Below the pieces are notes generated by a model. That model saw nothing but the letters and a program-made list of their open reading frames with translations, was not told where the DNA came from and made no database searches. Below, piece after piece: positions 1 to 8,876 of a stretch of 32,000 bases of DNA. Every line of letters begins with the position of its first letter. The first letter of the stretch is position 1. Origin of the DNA: Candidatus Electronema halotolerans (GTDB taxonomy: Bacteria; Desulfobacterota; Desulfobulbia; Desulfobulbales; Desulfobulbaceae); contig OW818675.1 in assembly GCA_942493095.1 (NCBI GenBank), positions 540,001-572,000 of the forward strand, in the 5' to 3' direction. The position numbers and the translations under genes were made by a program.

Positions 1-1
1 G

Positions 2-307
2 GAATACTGGATGTTTGCTCTTTTCAACGTCATCATCGCCTTTGCATTGGGTATTTTTGAAGGAATATTCGGGGCAATCATAGGAGTTGACCTGAATATT
101 CTGTCATTTCTTTACGCAGCTGCCATCTTGCTGCCGAGCATCGCTGTTACAGTGCGGCGACTGCATGATACAGGCCGGAGCGGCTTGTGGATTCTCATTG
201 GTCTTGTCCCAGTTATCGGCTGGTTCGCATTGCTTGTATTTTGTGTGCAGGACAGCCAGCCGGGCCAAAATCAATATGGCTCCAATCCAAAGGAGATCAC
301 CTCCTGA
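2..307 (+). CDS. DUF805-family small inner-membrane protein (5' end outside window)
   Basis: The reading frame is open to the window edge, with in-frame E-Y-W before the first Met. It has the hallmark VRRLHDTGRSGLW motif flanked by hydrophobic helices, typical of DUF805/YhaH-like proteins. Stop TGA is at 305-307. Confidence 0.8.
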   Translation, partial: EYWMFALFNVIIAFALGIFEGIFGAIIGVDLNILSFLYAAAILLPSIAVTVRRLHDTGRSGLWILIGLVPVIGWFALLVFCVQDSQPGQNQYGSNPKEITS

Positions 308-430
308 AAGGATGCATCAGGGTTCTTGCTCGTTCCACGCTCCAGCACTGGAACACACAGCCCGCAACATGCTGCTTGCTTTACCGGGCAAATCTGGTTA
401 GTTTGGTGCGTTGCAGCCATTGCCTTGATG

Positions 431-458
431 AGGCGGGCGGCAACGCCCTCTTTTTTTT
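431..458 (+). terminator. Intrinsic terminator-like hairpin plus T8 run
   Basis: GGGCG (435-439), GCAA loop, CGCCC (444-448), with extra flanking pairs, followed directly by TTTTTTTT (451-458). It lies 124 nt after the DUF805 stop and 62 nt before the cobT ATG. Confidence 0.6.
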
Positions 459-519
459 CAAGGCAGCAGACGTTGCGCCTGCAACGGGTAAATCATCAAT
501 AAAAAAGCGAGCATAGCCA

Positions 520-1614
520 ATGTCCAGCACCTGTCAGTCCTGCAAAACAGACCACGTCAATTTTCTTGAAGCGGCCTTCCGGCGCATCTTTCCCCAAGAC
601 AGCGAGTTCCGTGACAAGGCCAAGGCGCGGCTGGAGCAGCTCACCATGCCGCACTGGGCCTTGGGCAGGCTGATGGACTTGGCCGTTGATCTGGCTGGCA
701 TGACCCGCTCCCTGCATCCGCCGGTGGCGCGGAAACGGGTGGTAATCATGGTCGGCGACCACGGCGTGACTGCTGAGGGCGTGTCCAAGTTTCCCTCGGA
801 AGTCACAGCCCAGATGGTCTATAATTTTGTCAATGGCGGGGCAGGCATCAATGCCTTGGCCCGGCAGGCGCGGGCCGAGGTCACTGTGGTTGACATGGGC
901 TGCGCCGCTGATCTCACAGCCTTGGCTGAGGCGGGCAAGATTATCTCGAAGAAGATCGGCCCCGGCACAGCCAATATGGCCCTTGGCCCGGCCATGAGCC
1001 GCACCAACGCGGTCTTTGCGGTCGAGGCAGGCATCCAAGTGGCGGAGCAGCTTGCCCCGGAAACCGATATTTTTGCCACTGGCGAGATGGGCATTGGCAA
1101 CACCACGGCCAGCACCGCCATTGTCGCTGCTCTGAGCGGCAGAAGCATTGACGAGCTGACCGGGCGCGGCACTGGCTTGGATGATGCCCAGCTTGCCCAT
1201 AAGCAAAAGGTGCTGGAGCGCATTCTCCAAATCAACAAGCCGGATGCCAAGGACGGCTTGGACGTGCTGGCCAAGGTCGGCGGTTATGAGATCGGCGGCA
1301 TTGCCGGGCTGATCATCGGCGCGGCAGCCAACCGCAAGCCAGTGCTGGTCGATGGCTTCATCTCCACTGCCGGGGCCATGATCGCCTGCAAGCTGGAGCC
1401 GTTTGTCCGCGACTACATCATCTGCGCCCACCGCTCCGTGGAGCGGGGCCACGCCATCATGCAGGAGCAGCTCGGCTGCCAGCCGCTGCTGGATTTGCAG
1501 CTCCGGCTCGGCGAAGGCACAGGCGCGGCCTTGGCCATGAATATTGTCGAAGCCGCTGTGGCGGTGCTGACCGAAGTGGCCACCTTTGCCGAGGCAGGAG
1601 TGAGCGGCGCATGA
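520..1614 (+). CDS. cobT: Nicotinate-nucleotide--dimethylbenzimidazole phosphoribosyltransferase
   Basis: 364 aa with CobT-type motifs: VGDHGV, GEMGIGNTTAS and C-terminal LRLGEGTGAALA. ATGA overlap with the next gene. Confidence 0.9.
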   Translation: MSSTCQSCKTDHVNFLEAAFRRIFPQDSEFRDKAKARLEQLTMPHWALGRLMDLAVDLAGMTRSLHPPVARKRVVIMVGDHGVTAEGVSKFPSEVTAQMVYNFVNGGAGINALARQARAEVTVVDMGCAADLTALAEAGKIISKKIGPGTANMALGPAMSRTNAVFAVEAGIQVAEQLAPETDIFATGEMGIGNTTASTAIVAALSGRSIDELTGRGTGLDDAQLAHKQKVLERILQINKPDAKDGLDVLAKVGGYEIGGIAGLIIGAAANRKPVLVDGFISTAGAMIACKLEPFVRDYIICAHRSVERGHAIMQEQLGCQPLLDLQLRLGEGTGAALAMNIVEAAVAVLTEVATFAEAGVSGA

Positions 1615-2486
1615 ACCGCTGGCGCAACAAGGACAGACCGAAACGGCCTGTGCCGACAAGGCAGCCGCAACTCCACATCGAGAAGGAGCAGCACCGCCAT
1701 TCATTCTCGGCTGGCAGCCTGCTGCGTCCTGTGGCCGCCTTTGCCGCAGCCCTGCGCTTTCTCACCATTCTGCCGCTGCCGGGCCGTTTTGGCACAGCGG
1801 AAAAGGACTTGGCTCATGCTGCGCCCTTTTTTCCCCTGATCGGCCTGCTCCTCGGCTGCGCCGCTGCTCCGGCGGCCAAACTGCTCTTCATCCTCCTGCC
1901 GCCTCTGCCTGCGGCAGTGCTGACCACCCTGCTCCTGCTCGCCTTTTCCGGCGGCCTCCATCTTGACGGACTGGCTGACACGGCAGACGGCTTCTTCTCC
2001 GCCCGGACAGGGGCGCGGATGCTGGAAATCATGAAGGATTCCAATATTGGCACCATGGGAGCCATTGCCTTGCTGCTGGTCCTGCTGCTCAAAACAGCCT
2101 GTCTCGCCTCCCTGAACAAGCAGCTCCTGCCTGCGGTGCTGCTCATGCCCTTGGCAGGCCGGACCGCCATCCTCCTGCTCATGGCCCTGCTGCCATATCC
2201 TCGCAAGCAAGGCTTGGGCCGCCTCTTTGCCCTCTATTTCAACAGCACCGCAGGCAAAATGGCCGCCTTGGCCGGACTGCTGCTCTGCGCCGTGGCCGCT
2301 CATGTCTTTGCCGGAGCGCAGGGGCTGGCGGCTGTCGCCGTCATGCTGCTGCCGATCCTTTGCTTTGCCGCCCTTTGTCAGCGCAAAATCGGCGGAGCCA
2401 CTGGCGACACCCTTGGCGCGGCCTGCGAGCTGGCGGAAACAGCCCTTGTTCTGCTTTTCACGGTCAGAACCGGACTGCTGCTGTAA
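1611..2486 (+). CDS. cobS: Adenosylcobinamide-GDP ribazoletransferase (cobalamin synthase)
   Basis: Polytopic membrane protein with the LRFLTILPLP motif near the N-terminus, DGLADTADG, and C-terminal GGATGDTLGA, all typical of CobS/CobV. The ATG at 1611 overlaps the cobT stop. An alternative GTG at 1731 would remove a basic 40-aa extension. Confidence 0.85.
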   Translation: MNRWRNKDRPKRPVPTRQPQLHIEKEQHRHSFSAGSLLRPVAAFAAALRFLTILPLPGRFGTAEKDLAHAAPFFPLIGLLLGCAAAPAAKLLFILLPPLPAAVLTTLLLLAFSGGLHLDGLADTADGFFSARTGARMLEIMKDSNIGTMGAIALLLVLLLKTACLASLNKQLLPAVLLMPLAGRTAILLLMALLPYPRKQGLGRLFALYFNSTAGKMAALAGLLLCAVAAHVFAGAQGLAAVAVMLLPILCFAALCQRKIGGATGDTLGAACELAETALVLLFTVRTGLLL

Positions 2487-2524
2487 GATTTCACTGCCGC
2501 GAAAAGCAATTTCAGAATATAATA

Positions 2525-2545
2525 GTTCATGCCCTTGGCATGAAC
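2525..2545. repeat. Perfect 9-bp inverted repeat GTTCATGCC-CTT-GGCATGAAC
   Basis: Read directly from the sequence. It lies between the cobS stop (2486) and the hemerythrin ATG (2627). No T-run follows. Confidence 0.5.
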
Positions 2546-2626
2546 GCGTCCTTGCGCCGTTGGCAGCCGCATGATATGCTGCCCGGAATTGCACAAAAAA
2601 ACCGCACAATATCCTTGGAGGAGACA

Positions 2627-3037
2627 ATGGCTCTTTATGATTGGAAAGATGACTACAGCGTCGGAGTGAATCGCTTTGACGGCCACCATAAAAAACTGTT
2701 CAATATCGCCAATCAGCTTCATGAAATGATGAAGCAGGGACGGGGCGGGGACGTGATCGAGCCGGTCCTGCGGGAGCTGGTTGACTACACCCGCTATCAT
2801 CTGGCGGAAGAGGAGAAAGTCATGGAGACCATTGGCTATTCAGACATTGCCAACCACAAAAGGGCGCACAGGATTTTCATTAATGAGCTCAACGAAGCAA
2901 TGGCCGAGGTGGATAAGGGCCGGACGATTTTTGTGGTCATCAAAATCGCCAAAATGGTCATTGACTGGCTGATCAATCATATTTACATGATTGATAAAAA
3001 ATATATTCCAGAGATGAACGCGGCCGGCATCCGCTGA
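2627..3037 (+). CDS. Bacteriohemerythrin (single-domain hemerythrin-like metal-binding protein)
   Basis: 136 aa. The N-terminus W-x-D-x-YSVGV-x-x-FD-x-HHKKLF and later His/Glu/Asp ligand contexts (YHLAEEE, HKRAH, INHIYMID) match bacterial hemerythrins. GGAGGAG RBS is at 2617-2623. The upstream part of ORF 2360-3037 was discarded. Confidence 0.85.
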   Translation: MALYDWKDDYSVGVNRFDGHHKKLFNIANQLHEMMKQGRGGDVIEPVLRELVDYTRYHLAEEEKVMETIGYSDIANHKRAHRIFINELNEAMAEVDKGRTIFVVIKIAKMVIDWLINHIYMIDKKYIPEMNAAGIR

Positions 3038-3088
3038 CGCAGCCCGTGCGGCCCCGTGTTTTGTTTTTCTTCAAAAGAATCGCCTTTC

Positions 3089-6000
3089 ATGCAACAGCAG
3101 CGTGTGCCCTTCTACAGACGGCTCCGGTTCAGCATGATCATGACGGTGCTGCTCATCATCACTTTGGTCAGCGGCACCAGCATTCTAATCAGCTATCAGG
3201 TGACCGGGAAGAAGATTATCCGGGACCTCAATGATGATTTTGTCAGCACGGAGGCGATGATTGACACCTGCCTGCGGCTTTTCAGTCAGCATCTCAAGGC
3301 GGCGGCAGAAGCGGCAACAGGTGAACTGGCCCTGCGGGAGCTGCGCGGCACTGCGCCGTCGCTGCCCCCAGCAGAGGAGATGCGTCTTCTGGAGCAGGAC
3401 AATGATGTTGACATTCTTTTCTTTTTTGATCAGAATCGACAAGTTGTCGCGGTTTCCAAGGAGAGCCAGGCCGCAGCTCAAGCTCTGCTTGCCAATTCTT
3501 ATTTAACGGATAAAATAAACCGCCGCATGCCGTTCACTGCCATTCTGCTGGTTACAGAGCAGTCTGGGAAAAAATTTTTTCTGGTTGAAGTGCTGCCGAC
3601 TCTGCTGAACATGAACAGCACAGGTCAGGAAGGCTTTGTCTTGAGCGCGTATGTCATGGACAACGCCTTTCTCAGGCAGATGCCGGTCAACACATACATG
3701 AAAATCAGCCTGATCAGTGACAACACCGTGCTGGCGACCACCTTGGAGCCGGAGCTTGCCCAGCACTCCCCCGGCACTGTCGCCTACAGCTCCTCGGTGC
3801 TGCTGGCCGGCGCGCTTGACCTGGTGCAGGAAAGCTCCTTTTTCAAGGAAAAAATGTACATCAAGGTCAAGTACATTCCTTTCATGGAGAACAGTAGTCC
3901 GAATTTCCTTGTCCTTTCCCATCCATCCAGACTCATCTTGGCCACAGACAAGGAATTTGCCCAGCATTTCCTGGTCCTCTTCTTTGTCGGCTTCTGCTCC
4001 TCCCTGATTCTGGTCTTTTTCATCACCGGCTCAGTGCTGAATCCGATCAAACAGCTCCAGCAGTTAGTGCGGAAAATCAGCGAAGGTGATCTTGGCGACC
4101 GGATCGACACCAGCGTCAGCAACGAGTTCACGCCGTTGATCATGCAGTTCAACACCATGCTCAACCAGATTCAGCGGAAGGACGAGGATATGGTGGAGCA
4201 GGTGGAGGCCAAGACCAAAGAGCTGCGGCAGCAGAACATCTTTATCGACAATCTGCTCTGCTCCTCGCAGATCATGGCCATCGCAGCCACAGACATGGAG
4301 TTCAGGGTCACCTATTTCAATCCGCTGGCCGAACAGCTTTTCGGCTACAAGGCGGAGGAGGTGATCGGCAAAAAAGTGACCCGCTTTCAAGTCCATGTCA
4401 AAAATCAGGAAAAGGAATTCTCCCGCCTGATCGAGCTGGCACTGCAAAACGGCTCGCACACCTTCACCATTGGCACGCCTGACCTGAAGCAGTACGACCT
4501 GCTGGCCAAATCAGGGCAGGAGCAGCAGAGCAGCAGATACCAGCGCATCATTGAAGTGCATCTTTCCCCCATCCAAGCGCGGAAGGGTCTCAACAGCAGC
4601 GATGTCTCCGGCCTGATGCTCATGGCCCAGGACATCACCCAGGCCAGACGGATAGATGAGCGTCTCCATGCCGCCTTGGCCGAGCTACAGGTGATCATTG
4701 ACAACACCATGCTCGGTCTGGTGCTGGTCCAGAATGACCGGATCATCCGGGTCAACAGCACCTTTGAGCGCATGTTCGGCTGTCAGTTCAGCGGGATCAA
4801 GAACAGCTCCTGGGCGGTCTTCTACGCTTCTGTGTCTGAGGGCAAAGAAGCGGACTGCTGGGACGGCAGCGGCAGAATGTTCTTTCTGGCTGGCAGGGCT
4901 GATCAGGACGGCAAAGCGCCGCCGCCTTTCTGGAGCAAGGTCCGTCAAGTGGCGATTGAGGACGAGCAGAAGGAGCTGCGCCGGGAGCTGCTCCTGTTTG
5001 AGGACATGAGCCGCCAGATTGAAATGTTTGAAAAGATTCAGCGGCTCAGTCAGGCAGTGGAGCAGAGTTCCAATTCCATTGTCATCACAGACATTGACGG
5101 CGTGATTGAGTATGTCAACCGGACTTTTGTTCAGCTCGCCGGCTATCAGGCCAAAGAGGTCATTGGCGGCAGTCTGGCCATGCTGGCTCCTGACGCGCAG
5201 CAGGCGGCCTTGTACGAGGAGATATGGGCGGCAGTGGGGGCGGGCCGGGAATGGAGCGGCGAGTTGATCAATCAGAAAAAGAACGGCGATTTGTATGAGG
5301 AAAACGTGCTCATCTCGCCGATCCGCAATGAGCAGAACGAGATCACCCATTTTGTCGTCACCAAGGAGAATATCACTGATCTGAAAAAGGCGCGGCAGCT
5401 CGCGGATGCGGCCAACAGGGCCAAGAGCGAATTTCTGGCCAAGATGAGCCACGAAATCCGCACGCCCATGAATTCGATCATCGGCATGACTGAGCTGCTC
5501 TTGGACACTGCCCTGCGGCCTGAGCAGCGCAACTATTTGGAAAATGTCAACAGCTCGGCCTCAGTTCTGCTCTCGCTGATCAACGACATCCTTGATTTTT
5601 CAAAAATTGAGGCAGGCAGGCTGGAGCTGGAGCATATTCCCTTCAGCGTCTCCCAGCTGGCCAAGGAAATCATCGCCACCCTGCATATCCTCGCGGAACA
5701 GAAAGGGATTGAACTCCGGCTCGACCTACAGGATGACGACGGCTGCTTTCCGCTTGGCGACCCGCTGCGCATTCGGCAGGTGCTGCTCAATTTAGTCGGC
5801 AATGCGATCAAATTCACCCGAGCAGGCTATGTGGCCTTGAAGATAGAGGTTCATGCCGCTGCCCGCCGCAGCTGCATGGCGACGTTCAGCATTATTGACA
5901 CTGGCATCGGCATCCCCCAGGAGCAGCAGGAGAAAATTTTTGCTGACTTCACCCAGGCGGACAACTCCATCACCAGACATTACGGAGGCACCGGCCTTGG

Positions 6001-6976
6001 CCTGACCATCAGCAACCAGTTGGTCCAGATGATGGGCAGCAAAATTGAGCTGGAAAGCGAGCCGGGCAAAGGCAGCGTCTTTTTTTTCACCCTGCTGCTG
6101 AAGAACGGCGGCTCACGGGCGGCGGCGGACATGGAGGAGCAGGATGAGCCGATTGACAACCTGCTGCCAAGTCTGGATATCCTCTTAGTTGAAGACAATC
6201 CGGCCAATCAGCAGCTTGCTGTGGTGCTGCTGGCCAAGCAGGGCCATGAGGTGGCAGTGGCAGGCAGCGGTGTCGAAGCGCTTGCCGCTTTGAGCAGCCG
6301 CCATTATGATGTGATCTTCATGGACATGCAGATGCCGGTCATGGACGGCCTGACCGCCACCAAGCACATCCGCCAGATCGAGCAGGGCCGGGTTAGCTGT
6401 CTGCCGGAGGAGCTGACTGAGGTGGAGGAAAAACTGCGGGAGCGGCTCCAAGGCGGTCATATCCCGATCATTGCCGTGACCGCCAATGCCCTCCAGGAAG
6501 ACCGGCAGCTCTGCCTTGAGACAGGCATGGACGAGTATCTAAGCAAGCCCTATAAAAAGCACACCCTGCTCCGGGCACTGCAGCGGATTGAGAAAAAAGG
6601 CTTGGACGAGTCACCGCTGCCGCAGAGGCCGCCGGAGGAGACGGCCCCTGCGGCGCCTGTTTCCCGCGCAGCGGTCAGGCGGCATGTGATAGAGCAGTTT
6701 GAACTGGGACATGAGGACGCGGAAGAGGTGCTGGCTGCCTATGCTGATTCGCTGAAAGACAATCTCAGTAATATTGTTCAGTGGATGGAGCAGGGGAACG
6801 GCGTGGAGGCAGGCCGTCAAGCCCATGCCCTCAAAGGCGGCCTGCTCAATCTCGGCTTGGATCAGCTGGCAGGCATGGCTTTGATCTTGGAAAAGGAGCT
6901 GCCCGCGCAGATCGAGGACAGGCACCAGGAATTGACAGACCAGCTTGAGCAGGCTCTCAAGGATTTCATCGCCTGA
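3089..6976 (+). CDS. Hybrid sensor histidine kinase (2 TM periplasmic sensor - HAMP - 3x PAS - HisKA - HATPase_c - REC - Hpt)
   Basis: - H-box [10 protein letters not shown], His codon 5450-5452
- N-box [11 protein letters not shown]-boxes DTGIGIP and GGTGLGL
- Receiver ILLVEDNP ... [14 protein letters not shown], Asp codon 6323-6325
- C-terminal Hpt HALKGG
- Start is either ATG 3089 or GTG 3056, neither with a clear RBS. Confidence 0.9.
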   Translation: MQQQRVPFYRRLRFSMIMTVLLIITLVSGTSILISYQVTGKKIIRDLNDDFVSTEAMIDTCLRLFSQHLKAAAEAATGELALRELRGTAPSLPPAEEMRLLEQDNDVDILFFFDQNRQVVAVSKESQAAAQALLANSYLTDKINRRMPFTAILLVTEQSGKKFFLVEVLPTLLNMNSTGQEGFVLSAYVMDNAFLRQMPVNTYMKISLISDNTVLATTLEPELAQHSPGTVAYSSSVLLAGALDLVQESSFFKEKMYIKVKYIPFMENSSPNFLVLSHPSRLILATDKEFAQHFLVLFFVGFCSSLILVFFITGSVLNPIKQLQQLVRKISEGDLGDRIDTSVSNEFTPLIMQFNTMLNQIQRKDEDMVEQVEAKTKELRQQNIFIDNLLCSSQIMAIAATDMEFRVTYFNPLAEQLFGYKAEEVIGKKVTRFQVHVKNQEKEFSRLIELALQNGSHTFTIGTPDLKQYDLLAKSGQEQQSSRYQRIIEVHLSPIQARKGLNSSDVSGLMLMAQDITQARRIDERLHAALAELQVIIDNTMLGLVLVQNDRIIRVNSTFERMFGCQFSGIKNSSWAVFYASVSEGKEADCWDGSGRMFFLAGRADQDGKAPPPFWSKVRQVAIEDEQKELRRELLLFEDMSRQIEMFEKIQRLSQAVEQSSNSIVITDIDGVIEYVNRTFVQLAGYQAKEVIGGSLAMLAPDAQQAALYEEIWAAVGAGREWSGELINQKKNGDLYEENVLISPIRNEQNEITHFVVTKENITDLKKARQLADAANRAKSEFLAKMSHEIRTPMNSIIGMTELLLDTALRPEQRNYLENVNSSASVLLSLINDILDFSKIEAGRLELEHIPFSVSQLAKEIIATLHILAEQKGIELRLDLQDDDGCFPLGDPLRIRQVLLNLVGNAIKFTRAGYVALKIEVHAAARRSCMATFSIIDTGIGIPQEQQEKIFADFTQADNSITRHYGGTGLGLTISNQLVQMMGSKIELESEPGKGSVFFFTLLLKNGGSRAAADMEEQDEPIDNLLPSLDILLVEDNPANQQLAVVLLAKQGHEVAVAGSGVEALAALSSRHYDVIFMDMQMPVMDGLTATKHIRQIEQGRVSCLPEELTEVEEKLRERLQGGHIPIIAVTANALQEDRQLCLETGMDEYLSKPYKKHTLLRALQRIEKKGLDESPLPQRPPEETAPAAPVSRAAVRRHVIEQFELGHEDAEEVLAAYADSLKDNLSNIVQWMEQGNGVEAGRQAHALKGGLLNLGLDQLAGMALILEKELPAQIEDRHQELTDQLEQALKDFIA

Positions 6977-7491
6977 TGAGGCCGCCGCTTGTCACGTTTA
7001 TCGGCTGGCACAGCTGCGGCAAGACCACCTTGCTCAGTCAGGTGGTCCGCCTGCTCAAGGAGCGCGGTTATATGGTCGCAGTGGTCAAATCCACCAAGGA
7101 GCGCGGCCTGCTTCCTGATCAGGAGGGCACGGACACGGACATCCACCGGCAGGCAGGCGCGGACGCAGTGGCCTTGGCCGGGCCGGACCGGCTGCTCATC
7201 ACCGTGGAAAAGCAGGGCAAGGACTTGGCCGCCATTGCCAGCCGCTATTTTGCTGACATGGACCTTGTCCTCGGCGAAGGCTTCAAGGAGGCGGAAAATG
7301 TGCCGAAAATTGAGGTGCATCGAGGTGGCCCGCTTCTCCGGGAGCAGGTTCGGGGCGTGATTGCCGTGGCCAGTGACCAGCTCCTGCAGATGCCGGAAGA
7401 GAATATTTTTGCCCTGCACGAAGCTGGCAGATTGGCCGACTTTATTGAGCAGCGTTTTCTTGCGCGCAGAGGGGCAAAGGAATCGATATAA
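6976..7491 (+). CDS. MobB-like P-loop NTPase (molybdopterin-guanine dinucleotide biosynthesis adapter family)
   Basis: 171 aa. Walker A GWHSCGKTT (7003-7029), then VAVVKS, QAGADAV, and DLVLGEGFK...PKIEV, all typical of MobB. The start overlaps the kinase stop as TGATG (6974-6978). Confidence 0.7.
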   Translation: MRPPLVTFIGWHSCGKTTLLSQVVRLLKERGYMVAVVKSTKERGLLPDQEGTDTDIHRQAGADAVALAGPDRLLITVEKQGKDLAAIASRYFADMDLVLGEGFKEAENVPKIEVHRGGPLLREQVRGVIAVASDQLLQMPEENIFALHEAGRLADFIEQRFLARRGAKESI

Positions 7492-7504
7492 GAAGGAAGA
7501 TGTC

Positions 7505-8680
7505 ATGATGCTGAACCAGTCATTCATCATTGCCCAGCCGACCCGCATTCGTTTCGGAGTCGGCGCAGTCAGGGAGCTGGGCGCGACCGTCAAGGATTTT
7601 AAGGGCAGCAAAGTTCTGCTGGTGATTGATCCCGGCTTGGTCAAAGCGGGTCTGCTGGCCCGTTTCACTGAGCCGCTGGCCCAAGAGGGGATTCCTTTTT
7701 TGGTTTATGATCAGGTTGACCCGGAACCAGGCCTGCGGCTGGCTGATAAGGCGTATGCTCTTGCTCAGAAAAATGGCTGTGACTGCGTGATCGGCGCGGG
7801 CGGTGGCTCGGCGATGGATGTGGCCAAGGCAGTCTCCATCCTCCTGACCAACGGCGGCAGGGCGGCTGACTATCTTGGTCTTAGCCTGATTAAAAAACCG
7901 GGCGTGCCCAAGATCATGGTGCCGACCTCGGCAGGCACAGGCGCGGAAGTGACTTTCACGGCGGTCTTCATCAACGAGGAAACTGGTTCCAAGGGCGGCA
8001 TGAACGGCGATCCGCTCTACCCGGACGCAGCCATCCTTGACCCGGAGCTGACCCTGAGCCTGCCGCCCAAGGTCACAGCCTACACCGGCATTGACGCGCT
8101 CACTCATGCCTTGGAGGCTTATACATCGGTCCAAGCCCATGCGGTTTCAGAAATGTATTCGCTGGAGGCGGTGCGCCTGATTGCCGAGAATCTGCCTGCG
8201 GCCTGCGCCAATGGCGGCAATCTGGAGGCGCGGACCGCCATGCTGCTCGGCTCGCTTTTAGGCGGCAAGGCCTTGGCTATGGCCGGAGTCGGGCTGGTTC
8301 ATGCCATGGCCTATCCGCTCGGCGGCATGTTCGGCATTCCGCACGGCTTGGCCAACGCAGTGCTCTTGCCTTACGTGGTGCAGTACAATTTGCCCGGCAA
8401 CCTGCGGAAATTTGCTGACTTGGCAGAAGTGCTCGGCCAGAACTGCGAAGGACTGCCGCTGCGGGAGGCGGCCCAGCTCTGCGTGGAGGCACTCTTTGAT
8501 CTGAATGCGGACACAGGCATTCCAGCGACGCTGGCTGACTTGGACATCCCGGCGGAGAGCATCCCGAAAATGGCCCGCATCGCCCTGACTGTGGCCCGGC
8601 CAGTGGCCAACAATCCGAGAAAGCCGACCTTGGAGGAGGTCATCGCCCTGTATCAGGAGGCGCACAGTCCGGTGCTGTAA
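7505..8680 (+). CDS. Iron-containing (group III) alcohol dehydrogenase
   Basis: 391 aa. Motifs GAGGGSAMDVAKAV, TSAGTGAEVT, and the metal-site His context HAMAYPLGGMFGIPHGLANAVLLP. AAGGAAG RBS is at 7493-7499. The upstream part of ORF 7361-8680 overlaps the MobB-like gene and was discarded. Confidence 0.85.
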   Translation: MMLNQSFIIAQPTRIRFGVGAVRELGATVKDFKGSKVLLVIDPGLVKAGLLARFTEPLAQEGIPFLVYDQVDPEPGLRLADKAYALAQKNGCDCVIGAGGGSAMDVAKAVSILLTNGGRAADYLGLSLIKKPGVPKIMVPTSAGTGAEVTFTAVFINEETGSKGGMNGDPLYPDAAILDPELTLSLPPKVTAYTGIDALTHALEAYTSVQAHAVSEMYSLEAVRLIAENLPAACANGGNLEARTAMLLGSLLGGKALAMAGVGLVHAMAYPLGGMFGIPHGLANAVLLPYVVQYNLPGNLRKFADLAEVLGQNCEGLPLREAAQLCVEALFDLNADTGIPATLADLDIPAESIPKMARIALTVARPVANNPRKPTLEEVIALYQEAHSPVL

Positions 8681-8876
8681 TGCCGTATAAGCAGTTGAAG
8701 CAAGATAAAATGACTCTGCCATCTGTCTTTCTCCCGTAGAGGCGGCAGAAAGAACGCTCAGATTATACTGTTTCAGCAATATTTGTGTTTTGAAGCAGAT
8801 ATTTCAGTTCCAGCCGCGCTGGCTGGAGGATGAAATATAAGAACTCGCATCAATCCCATCTGTCTCAGCAGGAACC

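Noticed and set aside
308-519. Possible cobalamin riboswitch in the leader of cobT-cobS.
   Set aside because: The leader has fragments reminiscent of the B12 box (CAGCACTGG) and of CCCGCAAC, but in the wrong order. The conserved GGGAA...GGTG-AA-CC core is absent on both strands. Only the terminator hairpin is reported. A covariance-model scan would be decisive.
496-1704. 402-aa minus-strand ORF fully antisense to cobT. Similar long antisense or alternate-frame ORFs occur at 1701-2627 (-), 4685-5452 (-), 6862-7668 (-), 11268-12350 (-), 13114-13842 (-), 15334-16050 (-) and 20896-21810 (+).
   Set aside because: Each lies opposite, or out of frame with, a gene that has unmistakable family motifs. 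Their translations are Arg/Ala/Gly/Pro-rich low-complexity strings, typical of stop-codon-poor frames in GC-rich DNA. None has a recognisable domain.
2535-2556. Sigma-54-like TGGCAT...TTGC upstream of the hemerythrin gene.
   Set aside because: The spacing between the GG and GC elements is about 17 nt instead of the required 12.
2360-2626. N-terminal extension of the hemerythrin ORF (start at 2360), and similarly 7361-7504 for the ADH, 16278-16328 for fmt, 18412-18435 for pgpA, and 29123-29158 for pntAA.
   Set aside because: The extensions overlap upstream genes or spacers and are not part of the conserved family N-termini. Where I could see one, an internal ATG with a good RBS (hemerythrin, ADH, pntAA) fits better.
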